NCBI GenBank assembly: GCA_963665125.2
Contig: CAXXUK010000001.1
Span: 2,112,001-2,176,000, forward strand
Direction: 5' to 3'
Origin: an uncultured Desulfarculus sp.
GTDB taxonomy: Bacteria > Desulfobacterota > Desulfarculia > Desulfarculales > Desulfarculaceae
Length of the DNA stretch: 64,000 bases
Shown one piece after another: positions 20,441 through 28,287 of this stretch. The position numbers and the translations under genes are program-made. The notes under the pieces were generated by a model. It saw only the letters and a program-made list of their open reading frames with translations. It made no database searches and was not told where the DNA came from. The stretch's first letter is position 1, and every line of letters starts with the position of its first letter.

Positions 20441-21664
20441 ATGTCACAAATGCACCTGGAGGAAAACCCCCGGAATATCGAGGAAGCTGATATCATAGTA
20501 GCCATTCCGTCTTACCGGGAAGCAAAACTAATCGCCTATCCCACCCAACAAGCCGCTTTGGGTCTGAGTAAGTTTTTCGCCGATAAAAAGGCGGTCCTGA
20601 TCAACTGTGACAACAATTCCGATGACGGAACCAAGGAAGCTTTTTTCGGAGCGGACACCGGTGACATACCACAGATATATTTATCCACACCACCGGGCGT
20701 AAAAGGCAAAGGCAACAACTTCCGCAACCTTTTCCAAAAAGTCTTGGACCTCAAGGCCAAGGCGGTGGTGGTGGTCGATGCCGACCTGAAGTCGATAACG
20801 CCCCAGTGGATAAAGCATTTGGGAGATCCGCTGTTCAATGATTTCGGGTATGTCGCTCCGTTATACGTGCGGCACAAATACGACGGCACCATCACCAATT
20901 CCATCGCCTATCCCCTGACCAGGGGCCTGTACGGCCGCCGGGTCCGTCAACCCATCGGCGGTGATTTCGGTTTTTCGGGAGACCTGGCCAGAATCTATCT
21001 CAACAGCCCCACCTGGACGGAGGCGGTCAGCCAATTCGGCATCGATATATGGATGACCACCCTGGCCATGAACAACAATATCCCCATTTGCCAGGCGTTC
21101 ATGGGCCGTCCCAAGATCCACAAACCCAAGGACCCCGGTTCCGACCTTGGTCCGATGTTCAGCCAGGTAGTGGGCACCATCTTCGACCTGATGACCTACA
21201 GCACCGGTTTTTGGATGCAGGTCAAATGGTCCCGCCCAACGTCAATCTATGGCTTCGGCCTCGGCGAAGTGGAGATGCCTCCACCGGTCAAAGTCACCGA
21301 GGACAAACTTGCATCAAATTTCCGGGAGGGTTTCGGAAAATTCGCCGATGTGTGGCGCGAAGCCTTAACCCCGGACAACATGAACAAAATCGAGGAAATC
21401 TCGGGACTGCCGGACGAGCAATTCGACTTCCCGACGCATATATGGGCAACGCTGCTTTACGACTTCGCCATTGCTTACAAAAACGGCGTGGTCGATAAAG
21501 AGCAACTTCTCAACTCGCTGATACCTATTTATTTCGGAAAAACTCTGTCATACGTTCGGAAAACGGACCGCATGACTATCCAAGAAGCCGAAGAATTCAT
21601 CGAAAACGAGTGCCTGGTCTTTGAGGAGACCAAGCCTTACTTGCTTGAGCGCTGGAGCGCGTGA
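20441..21664 (+). CDS. Glycosyltransferase, glucosylglycerate/mannosylglycerate synthase-like
   Basis: IPSY, GKG, DAD, YDGTITN, RQPIGGDFG, FGIDIWMT motifs; ATG 20441 with AGGAG RBS. Confidence 0.75.
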   Translation: MSQMHLEENPRNIEEADIIVAIPSYREAKLIAYPTQQAALGLSKFFADKKAVLINCDNNSDDGTKEAFFGADTGDIPQIYLSTPPGVKGKGNNFRNLFQKVLDLKAKAVVVVDADLKSITPQWIKHLGDPLFNDFGYVAPLYVRHKYDGTITNSIAYPLTRGLYGRRVRQPIGGDFGFSGDLARIYLNSPTWTEAVSQFGIDIWMTTLAMNNNIPICQAFMGRPKIHKPKDPGSDLGPMFSQVVGTIFDLMTYSTGFWMQVKWSRPTSIYGFGLGEVEMPPPVKVTEDKLASNFREGFGKFADVWREALTPDNMNKIEEISGLPDEQFDFPTHIWATLLYDFAIAYKNGVVDKEQLLNSLIPIYFGKTLSYVRKTDRMTIQEAEEFIENECLVFEETKPYLLERWSA

Positions 21665-21681
21665 CCCATTGAGGTGAAATC

Positions 21682-22050
21682 ATGGCCAAAATTTTGATCG
21701 TAGATGATGAAGAACATATCCGCTTCCTGTACGCCGAAGAGCTTGCAGACGAAGGTTACGAGGTGGCCACCGCCGACAGCGGATACAAAATCCTTGAGCG
21801 CATTGAGCAGGAAAAACCAAACCTGGTCGTGTTGGACATCAAGATGGTCGACTACAACGGGCTGGACATATTGCAGGATATCCGCAACAAGTACTACGAC
21901 TTGCCGGTTATCCTCTGTACAGCCTACGACACCTTCAAAGAAGATATGAAATCCATTGCCGCCGACTTTTACGTCATCAAATCCTTTGATCTCACCGAGT
22001 TGAAAAACAAGGTTAAGATGGCCCTGGAGGCGACGGTTCCGGCGACTTAG
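21682..22050 (+). CDS. Single-domain response regulator
   Basis: ILIVDDE, LDIKM, ILCTAY, VIKS. Confidence 0.9.
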   Translation: MAKILIVDDEEHIRFLYAEELADEGYEVATADSGYKILERIEQEKPNLVVLDIKMVDYNGLDILQDIRNKYYDLPVILCTAYDTFKEDMKSIAADFYVIKSFDLTELKNKVKMALEATVPAT

Positions 22051-22075
22051 TTACCATCCAAACATCAAAAACAAG

Positions 22076-22106
22076 AAAGAGACCGGCAAACGCCGGTCTC
22101 TTTTTG
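22076..22106. terminator. Bidirectional terminator
   Basis: AAAGAGACCGGC-aaac-GCCGGTCTCTTT between convergent genes. Confidence 0.8.
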
Positions 22107-22125
22107 TCGGTACATATTCGGGGAT

Positions 22126-22425
22126 CTACACCACGTCGTCGACCACCGACCCCGCACCCCGGTCAAACGTGCACGAACCGTCGCGCAACTTGATGTCATC
22201 GCGGTGTGGCTTGTTTGTGGGCTCTTCCTGCGAAGTGGGAGGAACAACGGCCGATCGCTGCGCGGACACGGCTTCAGCCGCGGCCCGGGCGGCCTCGTCG
22301 GCCCTGGCCTGATCCGCCGCCTCCATCCGGGCCTGCTCCAGGGCCAATTGTTCCTGTCGCCTGGCCTCTTCCTCGATGGCGGAGGCATGTCTTGCTGATG
22401 TATCGGATGTTGGCTGTACGGACAT
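22126..22425 (-). CDS. Hypothetical small protein
   Basis: GGGAGG RBS, Ala/Glu-rich helix, ends GSVVDDVV; fills the gap before the terminator. Confidence 0.55.
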   Translation of the reverse strand: MSVQPTSDTSARHASAIEEEARRQEQLALEQARMEAADQARADEAARAAAEAVSAQRSAVVPPTSQEEPTNKPHRDDIKLRDGSCTFDRGAGSVVDDVV

Positions 22426-22498
22426 GGCACCCTCCCCTTTGATTATATCTTTACCCCAACAAACAACTTTGTCAATGCGTTTGGCATGTTGAAAGGCT

Positions 22499-22527
22499 TT
22501 GACCTATTGCGCCAACTAAGATAAATT
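22499..22527 (+). promoter_or_regulatory. Putative sigma70 promoter for corC-lnt-prfB
   Basis: TTGACC-17 nt-TAAATT. Confidence 0.45.
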
Positions 22528-22582
22528 CCTATGCGGATGCCTCTGTAAAAAGTGCTTTTGCCAAGGGAAAGGAAAACACCGC

Positions 22583-23455
22583 TTGGACTCGGACTCACGA
22601 AAGGGCTTTTTAGAAAAGCTGCGCGGCAAACTGGGGCTGACGCGGCATAGCACACCGGAAGAACTGGAAAGAGAAATCGCCGGACTTGTGGACCAGGGAG
22701 AAGCCCAGGGGCTGATCAGCGCCCACGAAGGCGATATGATCGAAGCCGTGCTGGACCTGGCCGAAACAACCGCCGGCCAGATCATGGTGCCGCGCATTGA
22801 TGTGGCCACCGTTCCCGAAACCGCCGAAGTGAGGGAAATAATTAGGGTAATAATCGAATCGGGCCACTCGCGCATACCCGTTCACGGCGCGGACATGGAC
22901 CACATCACCGGCGTGATTCACGCCAAGGATCTGTTGCCTTTTTGGGACGACCCGGACCACGAAGCCACTATAACTGACATCCTCCGCAAACCGTTTTTCG
23001 TGCCCATGTCGATGACAGTGGATCACCTCATGAGTGAATTCCGCAAGAGGCACCTTCATATGGCCATTGTCGTCGATGAATACGGCGGCACGGCGGGCAT
23101 CGTCACCATGGAAGACGTGCTCGAGGAGATAGTCGGCGACATCGTCGATGAATACGACGACGAGCCCCTGCAAATAGAAGAACACGCCAACGGCTGTTTT
23201 ATGGTCGACGCCAAGCTCGAAGTGGAGGAGTTGGCGGAAACAATGACCCTGGAACTGCCCAACGAACTGCCCGAAGGCCGCTTCGAAACCGTAGGCGGCC
23301 TGATCACCACCATCCTGGGCCGCGTTCCGCCCACCGGAGAAATCATCGAATTCGGCCCCATCCGCATGACCGTCAAGGAAGCCGACGAGCGCAGGGTGAC
23401 CAAGGTTTTCGTTGAACCCCGCCAAGAAGACGAAGCCGCCGCCAACGGAGATTGA
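22583..23455 (+). CDS. corC: CorC/HlyC CBS-domain protein
   Basis: IMVPR, SGHSRIPV, AIVVDEYGGTAGIVTMEDVLEEIVGDI; directly upstream of lnt. Confidence 0.88.
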   Translation: MDSDSRKGFLEKLRGKLGLTRHSTPEELEREIAGLVDQGEAQGLISAHEGDMIEAVLDLAETTAGQIMVPRIDVATVPETAEVREIIRVIIESGHSRIPVHGADMDHITGVIHAKDLLPFWDDPDHEATITDILRKPFFVPMSMTVDHLMSEFRKRHLHMAIVVDEYGGTAGIVTMEDVLEEIVGDIVDEYDDEPLQIEEHANGCFMVDAKLEVEELAETMTLELPNELPEGRFETVGGLITTILGRVPPTGEIIEFGPIRMTVKEADERRVTKVFVEPRQEDEAAANGD

Positions 23456-25026
23456 CCGCAATGAAATTCATTGCCAAATGGCGGCCGCCGCTATGGGCCA
23501 TTGCCTTCGCGCCGGTTGCGGGGTTTGCGCTATCGCTGGCCTATCCGCCGCATAATATCTGGTGGATCACCCCCTTGGGCCAAGGCAGCCTGTTTTTCAT
23601 CCCCTATGCACTGGAGCCCCGCAAGACCGTCATAAGCGCCTGGCTGTTCTCCCTGGGATGCGCCATGGGCATGATGTGGTGGCTGACCATCGTCATGACC
23701 CGCTACGGCGGCATGCCAACCGTCATGGCCTGGGGCACCCTGGCCCTTACCATGGGCATCATGGCCCTGTACGCCACCCTGGCCATGGCGGTCATCGCCT
23801 ATCTGCGAGCCTGCGGCATCAGCCCCCTGCTCGGAGCCCCCATTGTCTGGACGGCTTCTGAATGGTTGCGGGGCGTGTTGTTCACCGGCTTTCCCTGGGT
23901 GCCCATGCCCACCGGCCTCGTGGCCCGGCCCGAGTTTCTACAAACCGCCGAGTGGTGGGGTGTCTATGGCATCAGCCTTATCCTGGCCTTTGTCTCGGTA
24001 TTGTTGGCCAGGGCCGCCCTGCCCCTGGTCAAGGGCCGCCGGCCGGGCCGCCCGGAGCTACTTGCCCTGGCCTGCGCCGCGGTCATAATCGCCGCCGGGT
24101 GGTTCTGGGGCGGCGCGCGCATGGACCAGATCAACACCCAGGCCCAGGCCGCGCCCAAACTGGTCACCAGCGTGGTTCAGGGCGACGTGCGCATTGAAGA
24201 GCTCTGGAACCGCAAGATGCGCTATGAAATTCTCCAGCGTCAGGCCGACCTCAGCGCCGAGGCCGCGGCCGAAGCCGCCAGCCGGCCCTGGCTTATCATC
24301 TGGCCCGAATCCAGCGTGCCGTATTACATTGGCTACGACAAGCAAGGCGACCAGATGCTTTTTGACACCGCCAGCCGGCTCCAGGCCTACCTGGCGGTGG
24401 CCTCCCTGGGCGCGGTTTTCCAGGACGGCAAGACCATGACCAGCAACCGATCCTGGCTCATCGGCCCCCGGGGCGATATAATCGGCTACTATGACAAGGC
24501 CCATCTGGTGCCGTTCGGCGAATATGTGCCCATGAAGAAAATATTGTTCTGGGTGCGGGCCATTGCCCAGATCGGCGAAGACCAGTACCCCGGCCAACCT
24601 GGCAAGGGCCTGCAATTCGAACATGTCAGGCTGGGACCGCTGATCTGTTACGAGTCGATTTTCGCCTATTTGTCCGGGGCCCAGAGGCAAAACGGAGCCA
24701 ACCTGTTGATCAACCAGACCAACGACGGCTGGTACGGCGACAGCGGGGCTTCGGCCCAGCACATGAGTCATCTGGTCTTCCGCTGCATCGAGACCCGCCT
24801 GGCCTGCGCCAGGGCGGCATTGACCGGAATCAGCGGATTCACAATGCCCGACGGCTCCATGGCCCGAACCATCGATTTGCATACAAGGGGCGTGGCAACC
24901 ATGCGCCTGCCCCTGATGAATATAGAGACTTTTTACGTGCGCCATGGTGAAATAGCAGGGCCCCTATGCGCGATGTTGTGCGTGCCGCTGATTTTTTGGG
25001 GCTGGCTGCGGCGCAGAAAAAAATAG
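23452..25026 (+). CDS. lnt: Apolipoprotein N-acyltransferase
   Basis: FTGFPW, IWPES, YDKAHLVPFGEYVP, LICYESIF, TNDGW. Confidence 0.96.
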   Translation: MTAMKFIAKWRPPLWAIAFAPVAGFALSLAYPPHNIWWITPLGQGSLFFIPYALEPRKTVISAWLFSLGCAMGMMWWLTIVMTRYGGMPTVMAWGTLALTMGIMALYATLAMAVIAYLRACGISPLLGAPIVWTASEWLRGVLFTGFPWVPMPTGLVARPEFLQTAEWWGVYGISLILAFVSVLLARAALPLVKGRRPGRPELLALACAAVIIAAGWFWGGARMDQINTQAQAAPKLVTSVVQGDVRIEELWNRKMRYEILQRQADLSAEAAAEAASRPWLIIWPESSVPYYIGYDKQGDQMLFDTASRLQAYLAVASLGAVFQDGKTMTSNRSWLIGPRGDIIGYYDKAHLVPFGEYVPMKKILFWVRAIAQIGEDQYPGQPGKGLQFEHVRLGPLICYESIFAYLSGAQRQNGANLLINQTNDGWYGDSGASAQHMSHLVFRCIETRLACARAALTGISGFTMPDGSMARTIDLHTRGVATMRLPLMNIETFYVRHGEIAGPLCAMLCVPLIFWGWLRRRKK

Positions 25027-25037
25027 GAGTACGAATC

Positions 25038-26145
25038 ATGCTGTTCGAAGAAATGAAACAAACCCTTGGCGATCTCAAACACCGCTTGGATGTGATCCGG
25101 GAGTATCTTTGACCCCGCCTCTAAAAAACAACGTCTGGCCGAACTAGACAAGATCATGGCCAAGGCCGACTTCTGGGACGACCAGGACCAGGCCAAACAA
25201 GTAACCAAAGAACACAACGAGCTAACCGGCAGCGTCGAACAACTGGCCCAACTTTCAGGCAAACTCGACGACGCCGAGGTCCTGCTGGAGCTTGGCCAGG
25301 AAGAGGACGACCAGTCCGTTGACAGCGAAATCAAGGCCGCCTGCAAAGAGCTCGAACGCGATATCAGCCGTCTGGAGGCCTCGCGTCTGCTGGGCGGGCC
25401 CGACGACCACCGCAGCGCCATCCTGGCCATCAACTCCGGGGCCGGCGGCACCGACGCCCAGGACTGGGCCCAGATTCTCATGCGGCTCTACATCCGCTAT
25501 GCCGAGCGCAGCGGCTTCGAAGTCGTCGAACTGGACATGCAGGACGGCGACGAGGCGGGCATCAAAAGCGTGACCCTGGAGGTAAACGGCTCCAAGGCCT
25601 ACGGTCTGCTCAAGGGCGAAAGCGGCATCCACCGTCTGGTGCGCATCAGCCCCTTTGACGCCAACCACCGCAGGCACACGGCGTTTTCCTCGGTGTATGT
25701 CTCGCCCCAGGTGGACGATGATATCGAGATCGAAATCAAGGAATCGGACCTGCGCATCGACACCTACCGGGCCTCGGGCGCGGGCGGCCAGCACGTCAAC
25801 AAGACCAGCTCGGCCGTGCGCATCACCCACCAGCCCACCGGAGTGGTCGTCCAGTGCCAAAATGAAAAAAGCCAGCACCGCAACAAGGACCTGGCCATGA
25901 AGGTGCTCAAGGCCCGGCTCTATGAAATAGAGCTGCAAAAACGCGAGGCCGAGAAAAAAGAAGTGCACTCCAGCCACCAGGAAATCGCCTGGGGCAGCCA
26001 GATCCGCTCCTATGTCCTGGCCCCCTACCGCCTGGTCAAAGACCACCGCACCGGCGTGGAAGTGGGCAACGTCGACGCCGTCCTCGATGGCGACCTCGAC
26101 GACTTCATCCAGGGCTACCTCCTGTGGCGCAGCAATCAGAATTGA
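25038..26145 (+). CDS. prfB: Peptide chain release factor 2, +1 programmed frameshift (about 368 aa)
   Basis: ATG 25038 with AGGAG RBS, 24 codons to CTT TGA C (25107-25113); +1 frame continues into the ORF with SPF and GGQ motifs. Confidence 0.97.
25098..25113 (+). other. RF2 +1 frameshift cassette
   Basis: CGGGAG TAT CTT TGA C: internal SD-like sequence plus slippery CTT-TGA. Confidence 0.95.
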
Positions 26146-26153
26146 TAAAACAT

Positions 26154-26551
26154 TGGGGGGCTTTTTGAAAAAAGCCCCCCACACCCCCGAAAAACTTCGC
26201 CGTTTATTGTTTGTCGGCTGCGCCGCCAAACAATAAACGGTCATGTCTTTCCGCGGCGCGCGGGTGTTGTTTTGCCATCACACCTGCCGCGACACCCAAG
26301 TCCTAAAAAGGCGCGATTGATTTGGCCAAAGGCCAAATCAATCGCGCATGCGGTTTTCTTTTTGGAAGGGGGGCTGGGGGAAACCTTTCCCCTAATTATC
26401 TAAAGCGGGCCATGGACGGCCCGCCGAAGCAGATACCTACCAAGTATCTGCCTCGCAAGGCCAACCAAAACCACGTTTTTAGCTGGCCGCTGGTTGCAGG
26501 GGGCATGGATGCCTCCCTGCAAAGGAGAAATAGAATAAAGGTCTCCCCCAG
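26154..26551. repeat. Composite palindromic intergenic element (at least 8 hairpins; contains copy B of the repeat family at 26405-26522 on the - strand)
   Basis: Stems at 26154-26181, 26200-26240, 26311-26347 (perfect 17 bp), 26405-26424, 26426-26454, 26459-26488, 26494-26522; long-range IR 26374-26388 / 26537-26551. Confidence 0.8.
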
Positions 26552-26559
26552 GGACCGTG

Positions 26560-28287
26560 CTAATTCGCCTTCAAGCTCTTGGCATAGGCGACAACGCCGT
26601 CTGTGATGCCGTCGGCCACGAGGTTGCGGTAGGTGTTGGTGCCCAAGCGGCGGTGTTCCTCGGCATTGGTCATGAAGCCGACTTCAACCAGAACGGAGGG
26701 CATCTGGGCGCCGATGAGCACATAGAACGGCGCTTGTTTCACGCCCAGGTCGCGGACCTTGTATTTGCTTCGTACGCGGTCGAACATGCTCTTGTGCAGT
26801 TTGCGAGCCATGAGGTTGGATTCATTGATCTTGGAGTTGAGCATCAGGTCGTTGAGGATGACCTGGAGGTCGCCGATGGTCCGGGTGGTGGTGGCGTTTT
26901 CCCGGGCCGCCACCTGCATGGACTGCTCGTCGGTGGCCAGGTTGAGGAAATATGTTTCCAGGCCCGAGAGCCTGTGGCTGGGCGCCGCGTTGATGTGGAT
27001 CGACACGAACAGGTCGGCGTCCTTGGTGTTGGCGAAAGCGGTGCGTTCCTCCAGGGCCAGGTATTTATCGTGGCTGCGGGTCAACAACACCTCGCAGCCC
27101 ATGCGCTTGCGCAGCTTTTCAGCAACGCGCTTGGCGATGTCCAGGGTGATGTCTTTTTCCTTGAGGCCACGCCACATGCAGCCGGGGTCCTTGCCGCCGT
27201 GTCCGGGATCGATGACCACCCGCCCGATGCCCAACCCCAGGGCCTTGGCCAGGCTGACATCCGGCGGCAGTTCCTGGGCCTTGCCCCTGGGCACGCGTTT
27301 CTTGCCCTTGGTGCTGATCTTGGCGTTTTTAGCAAGCTGGCGGTCCTTTTGAGGGGCGAAACAGTCGATGACCACTCGGAAGGGGTTGTCCAGGGTGAAG
27401 ACCTTGTAAGAGCCCAGGTTGTTGATATCCAAGACCACGCGCACGGTGTCAGGGTCGAACTGGCCCGCCCTGGCCCGTTCCAGCAGACCTCCGTCCAGGG
27501 GCAGGGTCTCCTTGAGGCCCTTGGACATTGCCGCGCCGGACAGATCCATGTACAAACGGCGGGGTTTGCCGGCGTCCTTGTCTTTTTTCAGCAGGTTGGT
27601 GGTGTAGGGCACGGAACGGTCGAGATTGACCACCACGCGGGTGTATGTGGGAGTGGACCAGTGCCGCAGTTCCGTGACATGGGCCAAGGAGGAATCGGCC
27701 TTTTTCACGCCCTCACCGGCGTCGGCCTGCTCTTCGGTCTGCCGGCGGCCCTGGGGCGTGGCGTACTGGGGAGCCAGTTTGCGCTCCAACTCCTCCAGTT
27801 TTTCCCTGGCCGCGGGCGTCATGTCGCCGTCCGGGTAACTCACCGTCAGGCGCAGATATTCCAGATAAGCGGTCTTGAGGTCGCCAGCCTGCTCATGCAG
27901 GCCCGCGATCATCAGCTGGGCGTCGTCGGCCAGCTTGGACTCCGGAAAATGGTTGATCAGTCGTTTGAGGACATCCTGGGCCGTCTGGAGGTCCTTTTCC
28001 TGGTGGAACAGTTCATAGGACACGGTGTAGATGCGGCCCTTCCAGAGCAGACACCCCGGAGCCAGAGGGCCGTTGGGATTGGCGGTGTATACCCTGCTGA
28101 AGCGCTCGGCCAGACTGACCCAGTTGTTGTACACCTGGCGGGCGTCCTTGTGCTTCATCAGCCAGAAGTAGTCGGCCTTGGCCCTGTTGTACACCGCAGA
28201 TTCGTCGGCCATGGCGGCAGGGGCCCACACCGAAAGCAACACAAAGGCGGCCAACAGCGACATCATATTCCGGGCTGACTTAGTCAA
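26560..28287 (-). CDS. N-acetylmuramoyl-L-alanine amidase (TPR-like + AMIN + Amidase_3)
   Basis: VVIDPGHGGKDPG, EKDITL, FVSIHINA, PSVLVEVGFMTN; signal peptide. Confidence 0.93.
   Translation of the reverse strand: MTKSARNMMSLLAAFVLLSVWAPAAMADESAVYNRAKADYFWLMKHKDARQVYNNWVSLAERFSRVYTANPNGPLAPGCLLWKGRIYTVSYELFHQEKDLQTAQDVLKRLINHFPESKLADDAQLMIAGLHEQAGDLKTAYLEYLRLTVSYPDGDMTPAAREKLEELERKLAPQYATPQGRRQTEEQADAGEGVKKADSSLAHVTELRHWSTPTYTRVVVNLDRSVPYTTNLLKKDKDAGKPRRLYMDLSGAAMSKGLKETLPLDGGLLERARAGQFDPDTVRVVLDINNLGSYKVFTLDNPFRVVIDCFAPQKDRQLAKNAKISTKGKKRVPRGKAQELPPDVSLAKALGLGIGRVVIDPGHGGKDPGCMWRGLKEKDITLDIAKRVAEKLRKRMGCEVLLTRSHDKYLALEERTAFANTKDADLFVSIHINAAPSHRLSGLETYFLNLATDEQSMQVAARENATTTRTIGDLQVILNDLMLNSKINESNLMARKLHKSMFDRVRSKYKVRDLGVKQAPFYVLIGAQMPSVLVEVGFMTNAEEHRRLGTNTYRNLVADGITDGVVAYAKSLKAN

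Noticed and set aside
26154..26551. Possible CRISPR array or integron attC array
   Set aside because: No identical direct repeats with regular spacers, and no cas or integrase genes; each hairpin differs
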